A stretch of DNA of 64,000 nucleotides, from positions 5,863 to 69,862 of the forward strand of contig CAVTEW010000002.1 of NCBI GenBank assembly GCA_963733955.1, written 5' to 3'. The DNA comes from an uncultured Acidobacteriota bacterium (GTDB taxonomy: Bacteria > Acidobacteriota > Thermoanaerobaculia > UBA5066 > Gp7-AA6). Both the position numbers and the translations under genes were made by a program. The notes beneath the pieces are model-generated. The model was not told where the DNA came from, searched no databases, and saw nothing but the letters and a program-made list of their open reading frames with translations. This document shows, in pieces, positions 28,334 to 36,948 of this stretch. How positions within the stretch are numbered: the stretch's first letter is position 1; every line of letters starts with the position of its first letter.

Positions 28334-28834
28334 ATGGTCAGCAAATCGACGACCTTGGCCGTCTTGGGTGGAGCAGGCCTGGGTGCCGCTCTCATGTATC
28401 TGTTCGATCCGGAGAAGGGACGGCGCCGCCGCGCGCTCTTGCGCGACAAGGCGGTGCACGCAGCCCGCAAGGGAAGCGGCGCGGTGGAGTTCGCGGCCCG
28501 CGGCCTTTCGCAGCGCGTCCAGGGACTGACGGCCCGCATGACCTCGTGGTGTACAGCGGAGCTCGTTTCGGACGACGTGCTCACCGAGCGCGTGCGGTCT
28601 CGCGTCGGCCACGTTGTTTCTCATCCGGGATCGATTCACGTTTCGACCTGCGACGGCCGGGTCACCCTGACCGGCCCGATTCTGTCCCGCGAAGTCGAAG
28701 CGCTCCTGGAGCGGGTCGGTCGGGTCCGCGGCATCGGAGAGGTGGTGAACCAGCTCGAGGTCCACGAGGGGTCCGGTCACGTTCCGGGACTGCAGGGCGG
28801 GGCCGATGTGCCCGGCCCAGGCGCTGTTCAGTAG
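28334..28834 (+). CDS. BON-domain protein with N-terminal membrane anchor
   Basis: TM segment LAVLGGAGLGAALMYLF, then BON-like DDVLTERVRSRVG..VSTCDGRVTLTGPILSREVEALLERVGRVRGIGEVVNQL. SD AGGAGGAG. Confidence 0.8.
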   Translation: MVSKSTTLAVLGGAGLGAALMYLFDPEKGRRRRALLRDKAVHAARKGSGAVEFAARGLSQRVQGLTARMTSWCTAELVSDDVLTERVRSRVGHVVSHPGSIHVSTCDGRVTLTGPILSREVEALLERVGRVRGIGEVVNQLEVHEGSGHVPGLQGGADVPGPGAVQ

Positions 28835-28853
28835 CCGCGCCACGGCGTGTCGG

Positions 28854-29309
28854 TTACACCGAATTACGGGGGCCGGGCCGGACCTGACCGCGATGATGGA
28901 CGATGGCGGAAAGCGTCGCCACCGCCTCCTGGCGCAGGGGGCGCGAATCGAACGCCTCGGCCCACAGGATCAGGTCGCTGACGGAAACGATCCCCCGCAG
29001 GAGTCCTTCCTGATCAACGACGGGCAGATCTCGAACACGGCGCTCCCGCATCAATCGGAGAGCGGCCCGGGCATCCTCGTTCTCCCGGCAGGTGACCGGA
29101 CCGCCGCTCATGGCGTCACGGACCAGGATCTCGCGCAGGCCCCGCGCTTCGCGGAACCCGAGGGCGCGCAGGTCGGAGTCCGTGACGGCGCCGATGGGAT
29201 GGCCGATCCGGTCGACGACCGGAAGGTAATGGCACCCGGATTCGAACATGGACCGGGCCGCCGCCGCGAGGGTCTCGTCGGGGCGGCAGGTGCGAACGAG
29301 TCGGGTCAT
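28854..29309 (-). CDS. CBS-pair domain protein
   Basis: MTRLVRTC..YLPVVDRIGHPIGAVTDSDL..RDLPVVDQEGLLRGIVSVSDL. The start is uncertain because the ORF is open up to 29666. Confidence 0.8.
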   Translation of the reverse strand: MTRLVRTCRPDETLAAAARSMFESGCHYLPVVDRIGHPIGAVTDSDLRALGFREARGLREILVRDAMSGGPVTCRENEDARAALRLMRERRVRDLPVVDQEGLLRGIVSVSDLILWAEAFDSRPLRQEAVATLSAIVHHRGQVRPGPRNSV

Positions 29310-29511
29310 CAGCGCGCTGACCGGTGTCGACGGGCGTTGACCGGTCGCGGGCAGCGGGACGAGGGTCGGCCGGAAATGCTCCCCGGGATCGAAAGGAGCA
29401 GGATGAGAAACGGAAATCCACCCTTCGTCGCGTTGCCCTCGATCCCTGTCTGTGCTTCGATACTCCATGGGCCCCACCCCACGCCTCCATGCTCCTCCCG
29501 CGCGCCCTCGC

Positions 29512-30444
29512 ATGCATGATCTGAACGCACCATTTGCCCGGGCCCTCGCCCCTCGCCGGCGCATCTCCCGGGTTGCAGCGTCTTTCTGCCTGCTGCTCTT
29601 CGAGGGTTCCTCTGCCCTCCGCGCGTTTGGGCCGGGCGGCGATCGAATCGTGGGGAGCGAGCTCATCTATACCGTCCAGAAAAGTGACTCTCTGGCGCGC
29701 ATCGGCGCGCGCTTCGCCGTCGACCCAGCCCTCCTCGCCCGCTCCAACGGGCTCTCGGCGAGGGCGAGGCTTTCCGTCGGCCAGAGCCTTCGGATCGACA
29801 ACCAACACATCGTCCCGCCCGCGCTGGATGAAGGAATCCTGGTCAACGTTCCACAGCGGATTCTCTACTTGTTCCACGAAGGGGCTCTGGTCGCCTGGTA
29901 CCCCGTCGGCCTGGGACGCGCGGACTGGCAGACGGCGCTCGGCCGCTTCCGCGTCGTCCAAAAGGAACGGGAGCCGACCTGGCACGTCCCCGTCTCGATC
30001 CAGAAGGAAATGCTTCAACACCGCGAGCCCGTTCGTACGAGTGTTCCCCCCGGCCCGGAAAACCCTCTGGGACACTACTTCCTGCGGTTGTCCGAGTCCG
30101 CCTGCGGAATCCACGGAACGATCGCGTCGGCCAGCATCTACACCTTCCAGACCCACGGCTGCATCCGCCTGCATCCCGACGACGTCGCCGAGCTGTTTCC
30201 GCGGGTCGCGGTCGGCACGCCCGTCTGGATCGACTACGAGCCGATCCTCCTCGCGCAGGGGCCGGACGGATCGGTCTTCCTGGAAGCCAATCCTGACGTC
30301 TACCGCCGCTCAGGCGATCCTGCCGCCGCGGTCGCGGCGATGGTGTCCCAGGAAGGATTCACGGTGAGGCTGGATCCCGTTCGCGTCGACGCCGTGCTCG
30401 CCGCGCGGGACGGGATCGCGCGCCGCGTCGACGCCTCTCCCTGA
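29512..30444 (+). CDS. LysM + L,D-transpeptidase (YkuD) protein
   Basis: LysM (YTVQKSDSLARIGARFAVDPALLARSNGL) and the YkuD catalytic motif HGT..THGCIRLHPDDV. The start is ATG 29512 or 29452. Confidence 0.85.
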   Translation: MHDLNAPFARALAPRRRISRVAASFCLLLFEGSSALRAFGPGGDRIVGSELIYTVQKSDSLARIGARFAVDPALLARSNGLSARARLSVGQSLRIDNQHIVPPALDEGILVNVPQRILYLFHEGALVAWYPVGLGRADWQTALGRFRVVQKEREPTWHVPVSIQKEMLQHREPVRTSVPPGPENPLGHYFLRLSESACGIHGTIASASIYTFQTHGCIRLHPDDVAELFPRVAVGTPVWIDYEPILLAQGPDGSVFLEANPDVYRRSGDPAAAVAAMVSQEGFTVRLDPVRVDAVLAARDGIARRVDASP

Positions 30445-30516
30445 GGGCGCGGCGGAGGAGGCCCATGCGCGCCGGGTCGCGGATGATTCGAACGGATCAT
30501 GCGCCGGGCGGCCTCT

Positions 30517-31188
30517 TCACGTAGTCTCTTGCTCGACCGTTCCAGGCGACACGCCCGACGAGGCGAACGCCGCCGGACGGCAGGAGGCGCCTACAGCGCC
30601 TCCTTTCTTTGGCGGGCGGACCCAGCGCACCGGAACGTCCGGGGGCTGCGAGGTCGGAAGCGGGGCAAGAAGAGCACGGATCTCGTCGTCGGCGGCGCCG
30701 AGCTCCCGGTCGTAGGCTCTGCGCCGGGAGGCCAGATCGGCGGCGCGGTCCGGAAAGAGAAGCGCGAGGCGCGCCGCGACCGTCGCCGCGATCTGCTTCG
30801 CGTTGGCGCAGGAGAGCCAGTAGTGGGGATCGGCGGAGGAGGCGCCGCCTGGCCCGCCCCCGAGTCGGCGAAGGGCGATGCCGCCGTCGACCACCGTGAC
30901 CGGCCCGGCGCCGGCCGCGCCGCCCATGGACGCCGCCCAATCGTCCAGGCCGTGGCCGATCGCAAAGATCGTCTTCACGCCGGCCAGCCTGCGCACCACG
31001 CTCGCGGTGGGCTCGAACGTGTGCGGGCTCGCGCCCGGAGGGAGGATCAGAACCACGTCGACGCCTTCGCCGGCGACCTGCCGAACGATGTCGGCCAGCG
31101 GGGGGATGGTCGCCCCGACCCGCGGAGACGGACGGACCTGCGGCGAAGCCGCGACCGCCGTGGCCAGGGCGCAGGTCAGCAGGATCAT
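30517..31188 (-). pseudogene. ZnuA/TroA-family metal-binding protein remnant (N-lobe + linker helix only)
   Basis: The signal peptide, IPPLADIVRQVAGEGVDVVLILPPGASPHTFEP and DPHYWLS match cluster-9 solute-binding proteins. After ..IRALLAPL the sequence stops resembling the family, and the roughly 120-aa C-lobe is absent. Confidence 0.45.
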
Positions 31189-31222
31189 CGAGGGAGTGTA
31201 AGTCGGGGCGCGGCGTTCCAAA

Positions 31223-31238
31223 TGATCCACTTGGATCA
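31223..31238. promoter_or_regulatory. Palindromic box TGATCCACTTGGATCA
   Basis: Perfect 6+6 inverted repeat 68-83 nt upstream of the archease start. Confidence 0.55.
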
Positions 31239-31305
31239 GGGGGCCTTCGGCGCGATCGGAGATAGGTTGTTCCGGAGGCCGGGGAACCCGGAAAGGACGC
31301 GAGCG

Positions 31306-31731
31306 ATGAGCGCGGAGCAGTTCGAGCATGGGGCCGACGTTGGCGTGCGCGGCCGCGGCCGCACGGTCGAGGAAGCCTTCGAAGGCGCGGCGCAGGCCCT
31401 GTTCTTGCTCCTTTGCGAGGACCTCTCCGGCCTCGGTTCCGAAGCCGAGCAGCCGGTCACCTGCCAGGCGGCGACGCTCGAAGAGCTGCTGGTGGCCTAC
31501 CTCAACGAGCTCATCTTCTACTCCGAGAGCCGCAGCCTGGTGTTCGGGCGTTTCGGCGTGAAGATCGATCGGGCTGGAGAGGTCTTTCGACTGTCGGGCC
31601 GCGCCTGGGGAGAGGCCTTCGATCCCGCGCGCCACGCGTTCACGGTGCAGCCGAAGGGGGCGACGTTCACGGCGCTGGAAGTCGCCCGGCGCGGCGAGGA
31701 GTGGGTGGCGCAATGCGTGGTCGACGTGTAG
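31306..31731 (+). CDS. Archease (RtcB activator)
   Basis: FEHGADVGVRGRGRTVEEAFEGAA..LLVAYLNELIF..VKGATFTALEV is typical of archease. It lies directly upstream of rtcB. Confidence 0.85.
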   Translation: MSAEQFEHGADVGVRGRGRTVEEAFEGAAQALFLLLCEDLSGLGSEAEQPVTCQAATLEELLVAYLNELIFYSESRSLVFGRFGVKIDRAGEVFRLSGRAWGEAFDPARHAFTVQPKGATFTALEVARRGEEWVAQCVVDV

Positions 31732-31736
31732 AGAGA

Positions 31737-31763
31737 GCGACGAGTGGCAAGTGACGCGTGAGA
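31737..31763. repeat. Period-7 GTGA repeat (GCGACGA GTGGCAA GTGACGC GTGAGAG) after the archease stop
   Basis: GTGG/GTGA recur at 31744, 31751 and 31758, exactly 7 nt apart. The repeat starts 6 nt after the TAG stop. Confidence 0.45.
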
Positions 31764-31784
31764 GAGGGCTGCGACGGTGACAAT

Positions 31785-33212
31785 ATGAACATTGTGTGGC
31801 GGGAAGTCGAGCCGAACGTCTGGGAGCTTCCGGCGACGGGGGCGATGCGGGTCACCGGCCGCCTCTACGCCAGCGCGGAGCTCGTCGACGCCCTGGACGA
31901 CAAGGTCCGCGAGCAGGTGTCCAACGTCGCGGCGCTGCCCGGCATCGTCGGCGCGTCCTTCGCCATGCCCGACACCCACTGGGGATACGGCTTCCCGATC
32001 GGCGGCGTGGCCGCCTTCGATCCCGATCGGGGCGGCGTCGTTTCCGCCGGCGGCGTGGGCTTCGACATCTCCTGCGGCGTGCGGACCTTCACCACCGGGA
32101 TCCAGGCCGCCGACCTCGGAGAGCGGCTGGAGACGGTCGCGCATGATCTCTACCGCACGGTGCCGGCCGGCGTCGGGTCGGGCGGCGCGGTCAAGCTGAC
32201 CATTTCGCAGCTCGACGAGGTGCTTTCCGGCGGCGCGGTCTGGGCGGTGGAGCGGGGATGGGGAGAGCCCGAGGATCTCGCGCGCATCGAGGAGCACGGC
32301 CGCGCGGAAGGCGCGGACCCCTCGAAGGTGAGCCGGCGGGCCAAGGAGCGGCAGCTGGACGCGGTGGGAAGCCTGGGCTCGGGGAACCACTATCTGGAGC
32401 TGCAGGCGGTGGAGAGGATCTTCGACGCCGAGGCCGCCGCGGCCTTCCGCCTCGCGCAGGGAGATCTCCTGGTCAGCATCCATTGCGGATCGCGGGGCCT
32501 GGGGCATCAGATCGGAACGGAATTCCTGCAGCGCTTCGTGCCGGTCGCGCCGCGGTACGGGATCGCCCTGCCCGACCGGGAGCTGGCATGCGCGCCGATC
32601 CGCTCGCCCGAGGGCGAGGACTACCTGGGCGCGATGCGCGCGGCCATCAACTGCGCGCTGGCGAACCGGCAGGTCATTGGCGCCCTGGTCCGAAGGGTCT
32701 TCGCCCGGCACGTTCCTCGGGCAGAGCTGCGGCTCCTCTACGACGTCTCCCACAACACCTGCAAGGCCGAACGGCACGAGGTGGACGGGCGCGAACGCCT
32801 CCTCTTCGTCCACCGCAAGGGAGCCACCCGCGCCTTCGGGCCCGGCCATCCCGAGCTGCCGCAGGACTATCGCGCGATCGGCCAGCCGGTCCTGGTCGGC
32901 GGCACGATGGGGACCGCCTCCTACATCCTGGCCGGCACGCGCGAGTCCGCTTCGCGCGCGTTCGCGTCGTCCTGCCACGGGGCCGGTCGAACCATGAGCC
33001 GCACGAAGGCCAAGGCTCGCTGGCAGGGACCGGCGCTTCTGCGCGAGCTCGCGCAGCAGGGGATCCTCATCAAGGCGCACACCGCCAAGGGCGCCGCCGA
33101 AGAGGCCCCCGGCGCCTACAAGGACGTGGACGAGGTGGCGCGCGTGGCGGAATCGACCGGTTTGTCGCGGCGCGTGGCCCGGGTCCGGCCCGTCGCCTGC
33201 GTCAAGGGCTGA
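31785..33212 (+). CDS. rtcB: RNA 3'-phosphate ligase RtcB
   Basis: MPDTHWGYGFPIGGV, GGVGFDISCGV, GSGNHYLE, HCGSRGLGH and CHGAGR motifs. Confidence 0.93.
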   Translation: MNIVWREVEPNVWELPATGAMRVTGRLYASAELVDALDDKVREQVSNVAALPGIVGASFAMPDTHWGYGFPIGGVAAFDPDRGGVVSAGGVGFDISCGVRTFTTGIQAADLGERLETVAHDLYRTVPAGVGSGGAVKLTISQLDEVLSGGAVWAVERGWGEPEDLARIEEHGRAEGADPSKVSRRAKERQLDAVGSLGSGNHYLELQAVERIFDAEAAAAFRLAQGDLLVSIHCGSRGLGHQIGTEFLQRFVPVAPRYGIALPDRELACAPIRSPEGEDYLGAMRAAINCALANRQVIGALVRRVFARHVPRAELRLLYDVSHNTCKAERHEVDGRERLLFVHRKGATRAFGPGHPELPQDYRAIGQPVLVGGTMGTASYILAGTRESASRAFASSCHGAGRTMSRTKAKARWQGPALLRELAQQGILIKAHTAKGAAEEAPGAYKDVDEVARVAESTGLSRRVARVRPVACVKG

Positions 33213-33225
33213 GGCATTTGCATCA
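33210..33225. promoter_or_regulatory. Palindromic box TGAGGCATTTGCATCA (one core mismatch)
   Basis: Overlaps the rtcB stop codon and lies 87-102 nt upstream of the pfkB start. Confidence 0.4.
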
Positions 33226-33311
33226 GGCATCCGGGCGCGCCCCCGGGTTTCATGGAGCTGCGGACGGCCGGAAAACCGACGCCGACCGCGGAGAGGCCCC
33301 GAAGAAGCCCG

Positions 33312-34250
33312 ATGTCCTACGTTGTGACGCTCACGATGAATCCGGCGATCGACGAGAGCTCCGAGGTGGATCACGTCGTTGCCGAGCGCAAGCTCCGCTG
33401 CATCCAACCGCGATATGAGCCCGGAGGAGGCGGAATCAACGTCTCGCGCGCGCTTGCGCGGCTGGGCGAGGAGTCCCTGGCCATCTATCCCGCAGGGGGC
33501 CTGGCCGCGGATCTGCTCCGCGGGCTGTTGACGCGGGAGGGACTCTCCCTCCTTCCCCTCCCGATTGCCGGGCAGACTCGGATCAATCTCAACGTGTTCG
33601 AGAGGACCTCGGGCCATCAATACCGTTTTGTCTTTCCCGGTCCGACCCTGTCCGAGTCCGAATGGAGCCCGTGTCTGCAAACGCTCCGGGACATGGATCC
33701 GCCTCCGCGGTACGTGGTCGGGAGCGGCAGTCTGCCGCCCGGAGTCCCGGAAGACTTCTGGGCTCGCGTAGCCGCCTACTGCCGGAGGTCCGGAGCGCGG
33801 CTGGTTCTGGACGCGTCCGGCGAGCCGCTGCGGGCCGCTCTGGCCGAGGGCATCTATCTCCTCAAGCCGAGTCTCAGGGAATTCAGCGAGCTGGTCGGGA
33901 CTGCGCTCTCCGACGAGCTGCGGCTGCGAGAGCAAGCCAGAGATTTCGTGCGTCGAACCGACTGCCAGTCTCTGGTGGTCTCGCTGGGCGCGGCCGGAGC
34001 GCTCTGGGCGACCTCTTCGGACGAAGGCAAGGTGTCTTCTCCCGCCGTGCTGGCGGCGGGCAGCGTGGGCGCCGGCGACAGCCTGCTGGCCGGCGTTCTG
34101 TTCTTTCTCGTCCGCGGCCATCCCCTGGGAGAGGCCGTGCGTTTCGGAGTCGCGGTCGCTTCGGCGGCGGTCCTGAACCCGGGGACGGAGCTCTTCCGGG
34201 CCGAAGACGCCTGGAGGCTCTACGAGCAGCTGAGCGAGGTCTACGCGTAG
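33312..34250 (+). CDS. pfkB: PfkB-family sugar/phosphosugar kinase (1-phosphofructokinase / PFK-2 type)
   Basis: VVTLTMNPAIDES N-terminus, LKPSLREFSEL, and C-terminal GAGDSLLAGV. Confidence 0.85.
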   Translation: MSYVVTLTMNPAIDESSEVDHVVAERKLRCIQPRYEPGGGGINVSRALARLGEESLAIYPAGGLAADLLRGLLTREGLSLLPLPIAGQTRINLNVFERTSGHQYRFVFPGPTLSESEWSPCLQTLRDMDPPPRYVVGSGSLPPGVPEDFWARVAAYCRRSGARLVLDASGEPLRAALAEGIYLLKPSLREFSELVGTALSDELRLREQARDFVRRTDCQSLVVSLGAAGALWATSSDEGKVSSPAVLAAGSVGAGDSLLAGVLFFLVRGHPLGEAVRFGVAVASAAVLNPGTELFRAEDAWRLYEQLSEVYA

Positions 34251-34305
34251 CCACATCGCGCACGTGGATCGAAGCCGACGAGGATCTGTCCCAAAGGAGG
34301 CGCGC

Positions 34306-34710
34306 ATGAACATCCCGCTCGACATCGCCATCCGGGGAATCCGTCCGTCCGAGGCCGTCGAGGCGAAGGTGCGGCGCAGGGCGTCGGGTCTGGAGAGGTA
34401 CTCGAAACGAATCTCGCGATGTGAGGTCTGGATCGAGGCGGATCGGGCCCATCACCGCAAGGGTCCGGTCTACGGCGCGCGCATCCGGCTGACCGTTCCG
34501 GAAGAGGAGATCGTCGTGGATCTGCAGCCCGAGGAGGAGGACGTCTTCGCGGCGATCCGGCTGGCCTTCGACGCCGCCCGGCGGCGGCTCCAGGACTACG
34601 AGCGGCGCTGGCCCGGGCGCCTCCGGGGACGCCCGCAATCGCGCCGCCGCCCGAGGCCCGCGGCGAATTCGGCCGGGTCGGCCTCCGGGGCGGGGGACGC
34701 CGGCGCGTAA
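34306..34710 (+). CDS. hpf: Ribosome hibernation factor (HPF/RaiA family) with basic C-terminal tail
   Basis: MNIPLDIAIRGIRPSEAVEAKVRRRASGLERYSKRISRCEVWIE.. shows the sigma54-modulation/HPF fold pattern. SD AAAGGAGG. Confidence 0.75.
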   Translation: MNIPLDIAIRGIRPSEAVEAKVRRRASGLERYSKRISRCEVWIEADRAHHRKGPVYGARIRLTVPEEEIVVDLQPEEEDVFAAIRLAFDAARRRLQDYERRWPGRLRGRPQSRRRPRPAANSAGSASGAGDAGA

Positions 34711-34741
34711 GCGCCCTGCCCCTTTTCCGCCGCCGCCGCGG

Positions 34742-35224
34742 TCAGGACGCGGCGAGCGCCCGTTTCCGCGCGCTCGAGCGCTTGAAGATCGCCTGGAGAA
34801 TCGGAATCAGCTTGTCCGGCGGCAGCTCCGGCGCCTGCCGCGTTCCCGCCGACCGGACGCGCAGGACGACGTCGTCGATGCTCAGGATTCCGCGGAGCTT
34901 GCCGTCGGCGTCGACGACGGGAAGACGCCGCACCCGCTCCGATTGCATCGTCTGCAGCGCCGCCATCAAGTCGTCGGCGGGGCCGCACAGGCGGGGCGTC
35001 TTGCTCATGACGTGATCGACGGGGATCTCCGCAGGCAGGCGCCGCGCGTTGGCCATGGCCAGGCAGACGTCGCGGTCGGTCACGATGCCGACCACGCGCC
35101 GGTCGTCGTCGACGATCGGAACGGCCCCGCAGTCGTTGTCGGCCATGATTCGAGCCACGTCGGCCACGGTCGCGTCGAGGCCGGTGAATCTCACGCTGCG
35201 CGTCATCACCGCTTGAACGTCCAT
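34742..35224 (-). CDS. CBS-pair domain protein
   Basis: MDVQAVMTRSV..GAVPIVDDDRRVVGIVTDRDV..RRLPVVDADGKLRGILSIDD. Confidence 0.9.
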   Translation of the reverse strand: MDVQAVMTRSVRFTGLDATVADVARIMADNDCGAVPIVDDDRRVVGIVTDRDVCLAMANARRLPAEIPVDHVMSKTPRLCGPADDLMAALQTMQSERVRRLPVVDADGKLRGILSIDDVVLRVRSAGTRQAPELPPDKLIPILQAIFKRSSARKRALAAS

Positions 35225-35278
35225 GACTGCCTCCCCACGGTGCCGACTCGAGCTTGGGCCTCCGCCGGACCGGAGGCC

Positions 35279-35294
35279 AGATCCAGCTGCATCA
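35279..35294. promoter_or_regulatory. Palindromic box AGATCCAGCTGCATCA (one core mismatch)
   Basis: Lies 55-70 nt upstream of the CBS start at 35224, adjacent to the GGCCTCCG-N6-CGGAGGCC hairpin (35257-35278). Confidence 0.45.
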
Positions 35295-35314
35295 AAGGGT
35301 CGCGCTCTCGCGGT

Positions 35315-35330
35315 TGATGCAATCGGACCA
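35315..35330. promoter_or_regulatory. Palindromic box TGATGCAATCGGACCA (one core mismatch)
   Basis: Lies 48-63 nt upstream of the radical SAM start. Its centre is 36 bp from the neighbouring box. Confidence 0.45.
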
Positions 35331-35377
35331 TGCGCGAATCCGGCGAGTGCGAGACCCTGACATTCGGACGAAGCACC

Positions 35378-36466
35378 ATGAACACAACGTCTTCGACGGT
35401 CCCGACCAGATACTGGCGCCGGCTCGAGGACGGCCGCGTGCAGTGTGACGTCTGCCCGCATCTCTGCACCCTGCGCGAGGGGCAGCGTGGGCTCTGCTTC
35501 GTGCGGGCCCGCCAGGAGGACCAGATCGTCCTGACGACCTACGGGCGCTCCAGCGGCTTCTGCGTCGATCCGATCGAAAAGAAGCCGCTCCACCATTTCC
35601 TTCCTGGAACGGCGGTCCTCTCCTTCGGAACGGCCGGCTGCAACCTCTCCTGCAAGTACTGCCAGAACTGGGACATCAGCAAGTCGCGCGAAACGCGGAC
35701 GCTCTCCGAGGAGGCCTCTCCGCAAGCCATCGCGCGCGCCGCCCGGGAGCTCGGGTGCCGCAGCGTCGCGTTCACGTACAACGATCCGACGATTTTTCTC
35801 GAGTACGCGGCGGACGTGGCCGCGGCTTGCCGCGAAACCGGCATCGCCACGGTCGCCGTCACCGCCGGCTACATCCGCGAGGAGCCGCGCAAGGAGTTCT
35901 ATCGGTCGATCGACGCCGCCAACGTGGACCTCAAGGCGTTCACCGACAAGTTCTACCGGGAGATCACCGGAGCGCGCCTGCAGCCGGTTCTCGACACGCT
36001 CGTCTATCTCAAGAAGGAAACGGACGTCTGGCTGGAGATCACCAATCTCGTAATCCCCGGCCACAACGACGCGAGCGACGAGATCGCGCGCATGTGCGGC
36101 TGGATCGTGGAGAACCTCGGTCCGGACGTGCCCTTGCATTTCTCGGCCTTCCATCCCGACTGGAAGATGCGGGACGCGCCGCCGACCCCGCCGGAAACGC
36201 TGCGGCGGGCGCGGCGGATCGCGCTCTCTCAGGGCGTCCGCTACGCCTACGTCGGGAACGTCCGCGAGCCGGAGGCGGGGAGCACGCACTGCTACGCCTG
36301 CTCCGCGCTTCTGATCGGGCGCGACGGCTACGAGATCACCGACTGGAACCTGGAGAACGGCCGCTGCCCCGGCTGCGGCGAAGCTTGCCCCGGCGTGTTC
36401 GAGCGGCGCCCCGGCCAATGGGGCGCTCGCCGCCTGCCGGTCGAGCTGTCGCGCTTCGCCGCCTGA
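35378..36466 (+). CDS. AmmeMemoRadiSam-system radical SAM enzyme (PFL-activase-like)
   Basis: RYWRRLEDGRVQCDVCPHLCTLREGQRGLCFVR and the CNLSCKYCQNW radical SAM cluster motif. C-terminal CYACSALL..CPGCGEACPG. Confidence 0.85.
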   Translation: MNTTSSTVPTRYWRRLEDGRVQCDVCPHLCTLREGQRGLCFVRARQEDQIVLTTYGRSSGFCVDPIEKKPLHHFLPGTAVLSFGTAGCNLSCKYCQNWDISKSRETRTLSEEASPQAIARAARELGCRSVAFTYNDPTIFLEYAADVAAACRETGIATVAVTAGYIREEPRKEFYRSIDAANVDLKAFTDKFYREITGARLQPVLDTLVYLKKETDVWLEITNLVIPGHNDASDEIARMCGWIVENLGPDVPLHFSAFHPDWKMRDAPPTPPETLRRARRIALSQGVRYAYVGNVREPEAGSTHCYACSALLIGRDGYEITDWNLENGRCPGCGEACPGVFERRPGQWGARRLPVELSRFAA

Positions 36467-36496
36467 CCGCTTCACGTCCCCGAGAGGAGAAGGCAA

Positions 36497-36907
36497 ATGG
36501 AAACCGAGACCGCCACCGAGACATTCGGCATTCGAAAGGTCCTTCGTGAGGGATACCAGGAAGCCCTGGCCAGTCTTCCCGAGGCCTTGAAGAGCGAGGG
36601 ATTCGGCGTCCTGACGCAGATCGACGTCCGCGAAACCCTCAACGAGAAGCTCGGAGTGGACTTCCGCCGCTACAAGATCCTGGGCGCCTGCAACCCTCCG
36701 CTGGCGCACCGCGCTCTGGAAGCCGAGCTCGAGATCGGCCTCCTTCTGCCCTGCAACGTCATCGTCTACGAGGGGGACGACGGCCACGCCGTCGTGGTCG
36801 CGGTGGACCCGATGCAGACGATCGCGGCGCAAAGCCGGCCGGAGCTTCGCGAAATCGCCGGGATCGTCCGCGAGAAGCTCCAGCGGGTCCTGGAGCTGCT
36901 CGAGTAG
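36497..36907 (+). CDS. DUF302-family protein
   Basis: GFGVLTQIDVRETLNEKLGVDFRRYKILGACNPPLAHRAL..LPCNVIVYE. SD GAGAGGAGAAGG. Confidence 0.8.
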   Translation: METETATETFGIRKVLREGYQEALASLPEALKSEGFGVLTQIDVRETLNEKLGVDFRRYKILGACNPPLAHRALEAELEIGLLLPCNVIVYEGDDGHAVVVAVDPMQTIAAQSRPELREIAGIVREKLQRVLELLE

Positions 36908-36948
36908 CCGACCAGCCTCGCCTCTTCTTCCGTTCCTTCGCGGTTCCA

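Noticed and set aside
29452-29511. A longer N-terminus for the L,D-transpeptidase, and a weak box at 29517-29532 (TGATCTGAACGCACCA).
   Set aside because: The start cannot be decided from sequence alone. The box-like sequence overlaps the likely start codon and has a core mismatch, so it is not listed as a feature.
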